DNA of 63,477 bases, filler included, from Welwitschia mirabilis (taxonomy: Eukaryota), in the NCBI GenBank assembly GCA_051453625.1. It is 4 parts of one record of this genome, joined end to end, with 100 filler letters (N's around TTAATTAATTAA, not from the genome) between each part and the next. Parts side by side here need not be neighbours in the genome. Positions count along the whole stretch, not along the records: positions 31,279 to 53,444 come from JBOZIK010000001.1; positions 53,545 to 60,572 come from JBOZIK010000001.1; 2 more parts are not named here. The stretch is one strand, 5' to 3'. Position 1 is the first letter of the stretch, and each line of letters starts with the position of its first letter. The position numbers and the translations under genes are program-made. Under the pieces are notes generated by a model. That model worked only from the letters and a program-made list of their open reading frames with translations, searched no databases and was not told the origin of the DNA. Shown here in pieces: positions 40,570 through 53,714 of the stretch.

Positions 40570-42935
40570 CATTGCTTCATATTATTCCATATTCCAATGA
40601 AGAACTTATCTTTAAAGGCAAGTATACCATTTGGATTTCACTAAGGTTTACATGTTACCATAAGCATAGGATATAGTGCATATGAATCTATTTTGAAAAC
40701 TCTCCTTCATGTAGTTTCAAGATTAAAAGCCCTTAATATTGATGATCCTTCCAAAACACACTCCCAACAAATTTTTTAGCTTCTTACAAGTGATTTGAAT
40801 AAATCTTATCATTTTTCCCTTTAGCAATATGTTTCATCTTGAAGTATACATCATATTTTGGATCTATTCTTAAATATTTTCTTCTTTTAATATTTTCTCA
40901 AATAGTATCATGCTTACGAGATCCTTCTATCCCATCTTTATTAGGGATTTCATAAAGAAATTCTTCTCTTCCTTTACACTCTGATCTTTATGTGTAACAA
41001 CATTTTTTAGTGGCTCCTCCATCAAGTACTTTTCTTACTCTTGCTTCTCCTCTAAAACTAACTTCATATTCTTTGGTGTGTAGTACACATTTAACCTTAT
41101 TACTAGTTCCTTCATCATCTTCTTGATACCTTCCACCATCAATTCTTACCTCACAAGGCACTCTTGTATGTGGGACACTAATATATTCTTTAATGGCATC
41201 CTTTTTGAAACCAAAGATACTAACTAACTTCATATAGATTAAAAACTCACTCTAATACTAGACGATAGGGAATTAATGTAATAAAAACCCTAAGAAAACT
41301 TTTAAAATTATGTATTTAGTGAGGAACAAAAAATAAAAACATAATATATAGAAAATAAACTATTAGAAATAATGAAAGAATTTCTTCTTATTAATGATAT
41401 AGAAGGTACAACATCATAAACTAAAATTACATTTAACAAAGCTTTCATAAGCTCATCTCAATAGTGGCCTCCAAAATCTTTTCCTAATTTCTACCATTTT
41501 AATCACTTTAATGCTTAGCAAATTTAACAGAAAAGATAAATAAGCAAAAATTGTTATCTTTTCTTCTTAATAATTAACCATTATTTGTGGTTTATTTTCT
41601 TTAAATCTTCTTCTATTGAAGTTGTGTTTTCACTATAATTTATTTTATGTTGTATAATAAACTAGAATGCTTTCTCTATTATTCTATTAGTAACAATGAC
41701 AATCTCATCTTAAGTAATAAATCTTAAACTCATAATGTATATTATTACATCCTTAATGTCAAAATCAAAATGTCCTACTTAAATGGAAGGCAAGTAAAAT
41801 TCCTCTGTATACTCTATCACAAACATTTCTCCTTTTCATAGTGTTTACATCTTTCTTATCATCTTTATCTTATGTGAAAGCAACATGAACATGTCTAGGA
41901 AACTATCCTTTCTTTAGTTCCTAGAGGTTGAAATGCCTTGATCTTAACAACCCTTTTAAACATTCTTCCATTATCGTTTTGCAACTCCTCATAACTAAGT
42001 TAAAGAAGCCTTTATCTTATTTTCTTTAGAAATTTTCTCCATCTAAAAGTACTACTTCATGCTCTAATATTTGTGTATGACCTTCCTCCTTTGATGGATC
42101 ATTTACCATATATTTTTGCTCTTTTTTCCCCTATTCTAAAACTATCTTTAAATGCTTGAACATATAATCCACATCTACCTTTATTACTAATACCTGTATT
42201 ATCTTCTGTCAATCTTTGACTATTGATTCTTGCCTCATAAGGTATTTATTCAAGTGAAAAACTATTGGCTTGTTTAGTGACATTCTTTCTAAAATTACTC
42301 TAGTACTAGATAATGTAAATAAAATGTAATGAAAAAATCTAAGACCACTTCTAAAATTATACATTTAGTGAGGAATAAAAAATAAATAAGAACTACATAA
42401 TAAACAAAGTATTAAAGGCAATGAATGAATTACTTTATATTAATAATATAAAGGATAAGCTTACAAGCTGAAATCACATTTAATAAGGATTCCATGATCT
42501 CTTCTCAGTAGTTGTCTCTAAAAATCTTATTCTAAGTTCTACCACTTTGATAACTTCAATATTTTTTAGCCTTCAAGAAAATATACAAGTAAGTTAATAT
42601 ATCACATAAGAAACCTTCTTTTCAAGTTTCTAACAAAGAAATCCTCTTAATATTTCAACTCTAAGATCTCTCAGATATCCATTCTCTATTCTAACTTTTA
42701 AATAATACTCTTCATCTCATCACTTACCCTTATTTATAAGGCTTCAAGANNNNNNNNNNNNNNNNNNNNNNNNNNNAATGTTAGCCTCTTATAAGTTTCA
42801 CTATAAATAGCTTCTAAACATACAATTTTCCTTAAACATAGATTCCCTCTAAACATAGCATATTTTTTATTTCTAAATTTCCTATAAACATGATAAATTA
42901 AATAGCTATTCATTTTTAACATGGCCATTACACAT
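40570..42935 (-). mobile_element. Gypsy-like remnants with two PBS-LTR units and gag-like fragments
   Basis: 41249-41510 and 42297-42560 are homologous, each starting with a degenerate GCTCTGATACCA; 40620-41240 reads weakly as retrotransposon Gag on the minus strand. Confidence 0.6.
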
Positions 42936-43399
42936 GATAGATTTTATTTTTCATGTAAAAATACTAGAATCTTAGTAAATAGACCACTGACTAAAAAAAC
43001 ACATTCTTTATTTTTATTTTTCAAGGATTCTCCTACATTACATGAAGACCTATAAGGTTAGGAAGAAAATTTATCAAACTATTATCTATTGTACAATGTT
43101 TTATAATTGTCTTGTTTAGGGGTTTAGTCTCTTTATAACATATTAAAATAGCATTGAAAGAGTGCAATCACTATTTATAATAGATGAGATAAAAGCAAAT
43201 CCTAGAACACCATATCATATGTTGCTTCTAAAAGCTAACATGTTTCAATGAAAGATAAATAACATTGTCAATTTATTTTTATATTCATAGGCTAGAAAGA
43301 ATTAGATGATAATAAATAATTTAAGGAAGTGTTAAATGCTTTAAGAAAGAGGAGTTAGTTTCGTTAATATCTAAAATGAATTTAAAAATGAGATATTAC

Positions 43400-44230
43400 A
43401 CATAATGAATTTATGATTAATCCAAAAAACATTTACATTTTATCTAAGAAAAAAATTATCAATAAGTTTTAATATAATCTTGAAGGAAAGAATAAATTTT
43501 ATCTTTTACACATTAGAGAAAATCAGCTATAGGGTATAGCAACCTTTCTTACAATTAAAATTGCCCTCAAGATTCATATTCTTATTAGTAGATTTAAATT
43601 ACTTTCTTTTGTTTGAAGATTAAGACCAAAAAATGGAATAAAATTCCTAGGAATGAATGTACATATAATGTGTTTCTTAAGTATCCTATTATTAAACATT
43701 TAAGGCTAAAATGGAAAATTACAATAAAGAACTTATATGAGCTTTTTTAAAAGCACCCTATTGTTATGAATCACTTTGTTGAATGAATTTTGGATTTTCT
43801 TGACATGCATTTTAGCTTTGTTCAATGAATCTTATGGATCTTTAGATGTAATACAATCCACTAGTTTTAATTTTAGTTTTGTAAAATAAAGATTGGCAAA
43901 CAAAAACTAGAAATGTTATCATATATAATTTATAAAATTTGTTTTATTCATCTATAAAAAATTTTAGTAATAATATAAAGATTCTTATAGTAATAAGTAT
44001 CTTTGGGAATGATGTCAAACTTGGAGAATTTTAGTGATAATACAATCTTTGAGAGTACAGCCACCATTGTTGAAATGAATGATTTATTAGCCAAAGGTAA
44101 TATCAATTAATCTAATTAATGAAAATTCAAGACAAATATGGAGTATTAAAAAGAAATTACAAATATTAATTAGTGAAGTACAAGGAAAATCTTTATTATT
44201 CAAGTAAAAATGCTTATGGTACACGAAGCG
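43400..44230 (+). pseudogene. Possible RPA70-like OB-fold remnant (Helitron-associated)
   Basis: Ordered weak motifs FTH*RKSA, VFLKYPIIKHLRLKW, WIFRC, ISIFGNDV and QGKSLLFK, reminiscent of RPA70 DBD-B/C. Confidence 0.35.
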
Positions 44231-44930
44231 TGACTTAATACTTCACAACAAATGATTAAAAATGATGCAAAAGTGTATTGGTAAAGGATCATATAAAATT
44301 GTCTTTAAAAAAAGCCTAGACATAAACAATTGCATTAATGCATTCATACTATCATTGTTATTTTGATATCATGTTACATTATTTGAACCTTGATTATTTT
44401 GTAAATGATTATAATAGACTTTAATGTCTTCATGATTTAATTATGCCTAGGGCCTCATAGTATGCCAACAAACACATCTAAAGGTTTAACTCATACCTTT
44501 TAGATGGAGGATGTATTTTCCACTAGTTGAATTACTAATCCATTGGCAATAACAAGTATTTTTAATGTATATCTAGAAGAATCTTTATTATTATAGGTAA
44601 TGTTAATTTAATAATAATATTTATCAAGTTTATATAATTTGAAAAATCATTCCATACTATGTTCATCATGAAGTAGGATAACTGAAATATAAAATGGAAT
44701 AATTAGGGGGTATCAGTCTTTGAAAGACTATAAAAATTAATAGATTCCAATGTGTTTTAATGGCTAATAAATTTGATATGAACATTATTTCTATATCAAA
44801 AAGGCAAATTACTAGAGTACAATGATTTTTGTATTCGTTGTTAACTAAAGTTTCAATTCCCATTAAAAATTTTATTATCTTATGCTACAGATAGGACCAT
44901 CATTGAGTGAAAAGAACTATAATAAGTTGA

Positions 44931-45702
44931 TGTTTGTTTGATGATTTGTAGATTATCACATAATGATAATGCTTTAATAGAATCCATCACATAGTAAGAA
45001 TTCTAGAAAATTCTAGAATCCATCATAACAGAAGAAACAGTGATCAATAGATATCACGAGGCAAGAGATATCAATAGACAAAAGGATAATTACATGAAAT
45101 TCTAGTATGAGGTATACCTCGTAGAGATAAGAAGAGATCAATAGAGTTGCTGCTAGGTGATTACAATTTAAACATGATGCAATGGATCTATGATAATAGC
45201 TATGAACTTGACACAAGAAATCAACAATCAATAGGCCAAGCAACGAGAAATCTTAAAAAAATGACAAGGAATCAAAGATCTTCATTAATATAAAGACAAG
45301 CCCCTTTCTAATATCTTCTTAATCATATGTCATTATATGTGTAATTCATTGTAATCATGTCCAAAATTACCTTTGAAGTAATGTATAAATGCATTTTCTT
45401 CCCTTAGAGAAAGAGTTTAAATAGGTAGAAATGTCTTGTGAATATTCCACTTTCTTGTAATTCAATTTCATTACAAGAAAGATTTTGATTTGGAGTTTAA
45501 TTGAATATATATTTAGTTTTGTTTTACAATAAGTTATCCTTTTAAGGCTTCAATAGGTGATTCTTTTAAGGCTTTCTTACTGTAATGGTTCTGGGAAGCT
45601 CCTAATTCGAGTCCTTTTCATTTCTTTTTCTCCTTTCTTTTGCTTTAGTATCATGGTTTTATTATTACAAGGATACTAAATTGAAGGTTAGTAGTACAAA
45701 CA
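44931..45702 (+). mobile_element. Probable solo LTR
   Basis: Perfect 7-bp terminal inverted repeat TGTTTGT/ACAAACA; TATAAAT at ~45384; no convincing TSD. Confidence 0.5.
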
Positions 45703-47499
45703 AAAGTTAATATTTCAATTTTAAACTTCATTTATTACTTATTTATCAATTGTCTAAATTGCAGCTAGGTCAATACATGATTTAGTTTCTAGTAACAGAA
45801 AATATACATTGTGTATTATGGGATGAATTTCATTTATTATTTCATTACGATATTACTTGTAAATAAGTTACCTCTAGCATATTATTAATAGAGATAGACT
45901 ATCAATAATATAGAAGTATAATCATTTATTTTTAATTTTATAAGTTAGACTATTGAATGTTATATTGTTTATTTTATTTTTTATTGCATTGCAACGACAT
46001 TATTTTAATAAATTAGTTACTATTAATTAAGAAAAATAAATACATATAATCAACTTTTCAATCCTAAATTCCATTATCTCAAATTAACATCTAAAGTTTC
46101 CACGAATATGACAAGATAAGTTGCAAGTTAGCTTAGTTAAATCCCATCACGATCACATTGTTGATGTCATTGTGAGGGAGGCATTAGTGATTTAAGATCT
46201 TAAAAAAGGTTTTAATTTATTTTTTAATTTGTAAATTATAAAGAAAAAAATTTCTCTTTGAAATGCATTGATGATTGATTGATTAATTCTCTATTCCTAT
46301 TAGGATGTGTTTGAATAGATTAGTTCTTTTCATGATTTAGAACTCTATTTTGAATTTTTGTGTTTGAAATTTTGGTTTTGAGTTTTCTTTTTTCTAAAAT
46401 TAAATTTAATTATTTAAAGATGATAATTATATTTTCCTATGAATCTTTTATTTTGATCCAAATATTGATTCTATCACATCCAATTGCATTACAGTTATGT
46501 TAGGCGTCATTAAGCGATCAGCTTTATCATAGTATGTTATAGAACGTTCATTTTATATCACATTGCAACATATGATCAATTACAAATCTATTACAAGAAA
46601 TGGAATTTATGTCATGTTGTGATTATCATAGACCATTGTAGTTAGTTATTCCGTATCATGTAGTGTGATAACTCTATATCTAAATTTAATTTTCTTTTAT
46701 TAATTAAGTTAGAGTTTTGATTTCTTAAAGGGATTTCTAAAAATGTTTTATTATTGTTCAACCAAATTCTAACTTTCAAATTTTCACTTATAAGACATTA
46801 AAAAATCAACTAAAATAGTATCTATTTGAAAGGTTTTTACTTTAGCTAAATTATTCAATGTGTTTTTCAAGTACTTAATTAATAATCATGAACTGCCTTC
46901 AAGAAAAATTTTGGAGCTAGTTTATATGTATGACTTTCATCATTTTGAGATACCTTGTAATGATTCTAAACTAATCGAGAAAGAGGATGAGTTACAGGAA
47001 AAGTAGGAATACTCAGGATTGGAGCTCTACATCAAATGTTAATATTTAGATAAGTACCCTAAAATCCCTAATTTCATTCGAAGGAAAAATAGATGACTAT
47101 AATCAACTTTCAAATCCTAGGTTCTATTATCTTAAATACAGATCAAAAGCTTTCACAAATATTATAAGAAAAGTTAAAATGTAACATAATTAAATCTCAC
47201 TGCTATCACAGACAATGCTTGATAAGTTCAAACATTATGTTATAGGTTTAAAAATACAAGTCCACATGGATCATTTAGCCATAAAATTTCTTACAACTNN
47301 NNNNNNNNAACTAAACAAATTGAAAATATGCATATTATGCATTGTTGTCTACTTATAGAACCATTCGCTTTAGATATTCAAGACAAGTGAGGATGCAACA
47401 ACATTATAGATAATCATCTTTTACATTTAGGATTACCCAAAAGTGGTTAAATGGAGGATACATTTAATGATATGTTTCTTGATGAAAATTATTTGCAAT

Positions 47500-48700
47500 A
47501 GACCATAATCATTGTAATCAAGACCATTAATATGCAGATTTTATAAATTACCTATTTACTCTTCATATTCTTAGATATTGGTAAACTACTGATAAATAGC
47601 TATTTCTTAAAAGAATTAATAGATACATTTGACAATACCCATTCTTATATAGCATTTTCAAGAATTAGATTACATGCTGATGTATTCTAGAATGGGAACA
47701 AACTAAAATTTTACAATTGTGTCATAATAGTGGTTTTGGAGTTTATTTCAATGGAGAAAATATCACTCAAAGGGTATTACAAAGTGGATTTTATTAACTA
47801 ATTTTATTTTGAGACTCTCATAAACATGTCTCAAAGTGTAATCATTTCCAATGAATAGGGTAGTTATCAAAGAAGGATGAGATGCCTATGAATTCAATCT
47901 TAGAATGTGAACCATGTAATATTTGGAAAATTTTCTTTATTGAACCTTTTTGAGAACCACATGAAAATTAATACATTATTATTTATATTGATTACATTAC
48001 AAAATGGGTGGAAGCTAAAGCAACTAAAACTAACGATGTTAAAATAGTTGTTGAATTTTTTAAAGAATACATTTTACAACACTTTGGATATTCATGATTT
48101 CTTATTAGTAATAAGGAACTTATTTATTAATCAAACCATGAAAAATCGTCTGAATTCAATAGGCATCCTACATAAAATCACAATTGTCTATCATCCTTAA
48201 ACCACTAGTTAAATGAAAAATTTTAATAGAAAAATTATGAGAATCTTTCTTAAAACAGATGATTTCAATAAGTATTGATGTAATTAACTAAAGGATGCAT
48301 TATGGACATATATAATGGCATGAAGTACCTCTTTAGGTTTATACCTTATCAATTAGTTTATGAAAAACAATTCTAACTTCATGTAAAAATCTAATATAAA
48401 TCTTAAAAATTGATGCACAAGTTAAATGGAAGCAATGAAGAAAATATTTTAAAGAGACTCCCATAACATGAAAATTTGGATGAGATGAGATACCATGCAA
48501 TAAACCTCTAGTATTACCATGATAAGAAAATTTGCTAAAATAATTTCAAACTAAGTGATATAATTTTATTATATAACATGAGACTATACAAGTTTCCTCC
48601 AAAACTAGCTACTAAGTGGGAAGGATCCTTTGAAGCTTTTAAAGTGAATTAAAATGGGAGGGTAATCAGTAAAAAACTGATTGCTAATGACTAATCCCTT
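47500..48700 (+). pseudogene. Athila-type gypsy integrase pseudogene
   Basis: RVLQSGFY, KDEMPMNSILEC, IDYITKWVEAKATKTNDVKIVVEF, YHP, KDALW, KLATKWEGSF. Confidence 0.9.
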
Positions 48701-49504
48701 CTAGCTAGATAATAACACATCATTAGAAAAAGACAAAAGATGTTTGTTTAATTCTTGAAGAATATTATAAACATAATGCTGAACTTCTTACACCTAAATC
48801 CATTCCATTTTACAAAGTATCCATTCTTCTTTTTCCATTCTTTGAATTGTATTTTTATTAAAATAAAGTTTTGCACATTTTTTTTACTATATGTTAGATC
48901 CCTAGTTTGGGCTGTGTCACTTTTAAATCAAGAAATTATGTGAAACTTTTAAAAATAATATTTAGTTCTTTTTAGTCATGACTCTAGTCTTAATGAACTT
49001 CACACTCAAGATTGACCTAATTAGTTAGTGTTTTCTCTTATATTTTCCACCATCTCTCGATTATCTTACCTACTTAGTGTTACATGAAAAGAAACTCTAT
49101 ATTATATTATTTCTATTCACAAAACAAAAAAAGAAGAAGAAAAGAAGAAAAAAGAAGAAGAAAAATATATAAAATAAAATCAAAATGTTCTATCACAAGT
49201 GCACTGGGGCAAAAATTCCTGAGAGGGGCCTTTAGCAACGTAACATGATAGCTGTAAAAACTTCTTTAGGGGGTTAATTAGCCATGATTTAGACTTTTTA
49301 TTATGGGTCCTTACTCCTCTGATAGTGGTTGTATTCTTCTCATTGTGATGTATGTTAGCTATCAAAAAAATAATAATGAGTTCCTTCCATGCGACATGAG
49401 CTTATAATTTCGTTCTATTTAAGCCCTTCATCTTGTAAGATCTTATAATGTAGTGATCTGCATTACACTTCATACCTCCTAGTACATAAAAATCAAATTA
49501 TGGC

Positions 49505-49598
49505 TATTAAAGTAAACTAAGAAGCACATGCAAGAAGGAGATAATCTGGAATTATTAAAGTAAACTAAGGAGCACATGCAAGAAGGAGATAATCTAGA
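49505..49598. repeat. 48-bp tandem duplication
   Basis: TATTAAAGTAAACTAAG(A/G)AGCACATGCAAGAAGGAGATAATCT twice. Confidence 0.9.
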
Positions 49599-51097
49599 TA
49601 CTCTATTGTGCTTCTAAAACAATATGAACATTCATCATAATACCTAATTATCTAGATTTCTTTGCTATGAGTTAACCTAGTTAACATTAAAGAAGTGATT
49701 AATTAGAGAGATTGTACTTTTACTTGATGATATGCATTTAATGGTTTATTTGTTGATACTACATTATTCAAGAATTCTAATAGCAAATTGGTGAATACCA
49801 AGTAAATTAGTAATTATCTTACTTCATTATAGGCTATCATTTCCTATTCTTTTATCTTTCCACCTATTCACTATTAGTTCATTATTACTTTTAATTCATT
49901 TTAATATATCACACTGTGTACTTAAAGAAGTTCTAGTTGTTCTCATCATAAAAAACATATAACCATTTATAAAAGAATTGGTAATTTTTTGAAAATGGGG
50001 CTGAGGAACATCTATTTTAGCTAGATTGAGTTTTCATAGATGTTAAATATAAATGCTTTCTCTTTATTAGTCTAAGATTAACTAGATTCTAGTATCTATT
50101 TGAAATTATTAAGATGAATACTCCTTTCATCAATGATCTTATGAAAGACCTACTCTTTACATTAATGGTGTTCATGACTAAACATAAGTGTCCCATTTTC
50201 ATAGCAAGGGTATGATATAAATGGAGAAAAATGATTTATCATGAAAATTTCTCCATAATTAGTTCCATTATTCAATAGGAGTTTCCAAGAAAAATTTTCA
50301 AACCATCTAGATGGGACAAAATAAAAAATATAATAAATAGTCACAATAATTCCCTAGATTTGGGTTGTTAAACTAGGGGGGCACAGTAAATATGAAACAA
50401 TGAAGTGCACTTACAAGTCTATGTGCATTAATTTTTAATATAAATCTACTTTCATCCTTAAGTAATATTGGAGTGCAAGAATTTATACTTCTAATGGAAA
50501 CTCATATTTATGATTTCAAGAAATATGGATTATTTGTTCTTTTGGTTTATATGGATAAGGTTAGATAAGTATGAACTTTAGCTGGTGTATGTCAATTTTG
50601 AATGAAACCTCTAAAAGATCCAAGGTGAGCTATGAACATAGAATTTAATCAATTGAAACACAAAATAGAATAACCATTACCTCTAATCAAATATCCATTT
50701 AGTTTTTATGATGATTGACCAAAGAAGTGATCTCATTCAGATATCATACATGCTACTGCTTGCCTCAATTCAAGAAATGGCCTTAACAAGGTACATAAAA
50801 ACTGAGTAACACTACCCTTTCTAAATTTATATATAAATTGTAAGTTAAGTGGCTTAATAACTAGGAAAGGAAAAAAATTTTAAAATTAATTAAAAATATA
50901 CTTTCACTCATCTATTATCCAATGATACTATTATAAAAACATAAAATAGATAATATCAATATAAATAGTGTGTCATCAAATTATCACACTGTGACAGGTA
51001 ATGATAATAATTTTGTTAAAAAAAAGAAAAATAAAAAATTATATATAATATCAAAAAAGAAAGAAGAGAGAAAAGCACTAATATTTATTTATCATAG

Positions 51098-52169
51098 CGT
51101 TGCAATGTGTATTTGTGCACGTTTTTACATTCAAAGAGATTCTGTCATTTATAACCAAAATAGATATCTTATACAATACATCATACTAGTATAGTGGGAG
51201 TAGACCTAAAATGTCATATTCACATTGAAGACTATGAGATGAGACTTAGGTTGCTTTGTAAAAGAATAATAAGAACCAAAAATAAATAACAAATGCAAAG
51301 AAATGAAGTATAAGATACAATGCAAGAAGCAACTATTCTAAATTCAAATGCAAAATGGAACTAACACTACTTGCTTTCAGCCTTAACAAAGGTTGCCCTT
51401 GATAATCTATATCACCCAAGAAATTGTCACCAGATCAAGGGCAACATAGAATATAAAGGTAATCAGAAAATCTAATATGAAAACATGTAAACAAAACAAG
51501 GTTTATATTAAGAAAGAGTAAAAAGCATCTTGGTTACAAAACAGTTGAATCTTAATGGAGGATACACATCCCTCCATCAAGTGCATGTCTTTCTGCAACA
51601 CTTAAGATGGATCTCCTGCTCTTCGACCTCTTGTCACGAGGATTTCCAGTGCCACGAAGATGAGAAGGAGAGTTAAAGGGGGGTTTATTTATAACAACTC
51701 ATAGCAGAAAAGGACAAACGGTAGGTGTGAAAAGGCGTGCATAGTTACAACTCAGAAATGAATGCAATGATTACGAGTCGCTAACAGAGTCAGTTACATG
51801 TGAGTCTCATCCTAAATGTCATCTGAACAATATGGGAAATGATAGCACATTATAAAATATTCTCAAAATGATGATTCAGCAGTCCACATTAGTAGTCGTC
51901 GTCCTGCCTGTCATGGAGATGACGGAGGGGGCGACAGTCTTCTTTAATTGTTTTCTTGAAGAGAATTTTAGCATTTTTGTCAATAATCCTTATTCTAAGA
52001 TCTATGCATCAGAAAGTGACTTTAATACATCAAATTTGGATAGGAATCACACTCTTCCAAGATTTCCTCTTATGTGTCCAAAATCCTCAGAATTTCACCA
52101 ACCTATATAAAAGTCCTGCAAAACAACTTATAAAACTCCATTAAATAACCATAAATTGGTAGCATAACA
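51098..52169 (-). repeat. Athila-type 3' LTR
   Basis: CGTTGC...GCATAACA termini; similar to 28643-29815 and 60673-61452; followed by TAGTCCACCACTTAGCC. Confidence 0.8.
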
Positions 52170-52761
52170 TAGTCCACCACTTAGCCTTTGTCAGTCCCTG
52201 ACAAAAACCAGGTGAAAAATCCATATTTGTGAGCCAATATTTTTTTCCTTTTTTTTTTAAAAGATAAATCTAGAAGTTATAAAACAGGCTCATAAAACAC
52301 ATTACATAGATAAATGACAAGTAATGTATAGTGTGTATAAAAATTAAAAATTTTATGACATAAAAGATATGAATTAATTTGAAAATAAGCCATGAAAATG
52401 GGGCTCTGCCCTCCCCGTCCCCCAAAGAAAAAGGAATACATCTCGTATTAGATAAATAAAGCAAAAAAAGTAGACAGGAGTGAGAAGGCAGGTAAAAAAG
52501 GATATCGTTCTAAACGAAGTGAAAAGATGAGTAATATCAGATTTTAAAAACATAGATTTATNNNNNNNNNNNNNNNNNNNNNNNNNNNNNNNNNNNNNNN
52601 NNNNNNNNNNNNNNNNNNNNNNNNNNNNNNNNNNNNNNNNNNNNNNNNNNNNNNNNNNNNNNNNNNNNNNNNNNNNNNNNNNNNNNNNNNNNNNNNNNNN
52701 NNNNNNNNNNNNNNNNNNNNNNNNNNNNNNNNNNNNNNNNNNNNNNNNNNNNNNNNNNNNN

Positions 52762-53444
52762 AAGTCTTACAAAACAACTTATAAAACCCCATTAAATAAC
52801 CTTAAATTAGTAGTGCAACATAGCCCCGCACTTATCCTTTATCAGTCCCTGACAAAAGCCATGGAGTAAAACCATAATTGCAAGCCAATTTGTTTTTCAA
52901 AAGATAAATCTGAAAGTTATAAAACATGCTCATAAAACATATCACATAGATAAATGACAAGTAATGCATAATGTGTATGAAAATTTTGAAATTTTATCTC
53001 ATGAAAGAACTTATTTAAGTTAAATTTTTTTTTAAAATGAGCCATGACAATGGATCTCTGTCCACCCCCTGCCAAAAGAAAAAGCAATATGTCCCGTATN
53101 NNNNNNNNNNNNNNNNNNNNNNNNNNNNNNNNNNNNNNNNNNNNNNNNNNNNNNNNNNNNNNNNNNNNNNNNNNNNNNNNNNNNNNNNNNNNNNNNNNNT
53201 TAAAAAATAAAGCAAAGAAAGTAAATAGGAGTGAGAAGGCAGGTAAAAGAGGACAACTTTCCAAAATGAACTGCAAAGTTGAGTAATGTCAGATTTGAAA
53301 AATATAAATCAATTAAATATTAAGTGAAGAAAAAGAGTGGACAATAAAATTTTTTCATCATAAAAAGAACATGAGTAGCACTTACAACATCAAAAATCTG
53401 AAGAAAACACCTATCTAAGTAAGAAATTATCCTTTATTGAAGAC
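52762..53444 (-). mobile_element. Second copy of LTR end, PPT and 3' internal region
   Basis: Diverged repeat of 52111-52561; LTR end GTGCAACA at 52820, then TAGCCCCGCACTTA. Confidence 0.8.
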
Positions 53445-53544
53445 NNNNNNNNNNNNNNNNNNNNNNNNNNNNNNNNNNNNNNNNNNNNTTAATTAATTAA
53501 NNNNNNNNNNNNNNNNNNNNNNNNNNNNNNNNNNNNNNNNNNNN
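53445..53544. other. Artificial scaffold linker
   Basis: N44-TTAATTAATTAA-N44. Confidence 0.95.
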
Positions 53545-53714
53545 TTATTTACTAGTTTACCTGGAAAAGTTACAAGCAGGAGTTATAGAGTAAGACTATT
53601 TCTCCCTCCTGATAAGTTTTTCTAAGGATATGTTAATTATGGAACCTATTCATTGGATTCTTATTTATTCTCATATTGTTATAGGTGTCATTTCTAATTC
53701 TATACAGTTCATTA

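Larger units (their letters stand above)
46040..49950 (+). mobile_element. Rearranged Athila-type element (LTR end, PBS, second LTR-end copy, integrase, 3' region)
   Basis: 46047-46155 repeated at 47100-47208; PBS-like TTGTTGATGTCATTGTGAGGGA at ~46158; integrase downstream. Confidence 0.65.

Noticed and set aside
51095..51190. Helitron 3' end (GTTGCAATG...CTAGT)
   Set aside because: Aligns with the start of the Athila-type LTR at 28643-28730, which also has CATACTAGT; no hairpin just upstream of CTAG.
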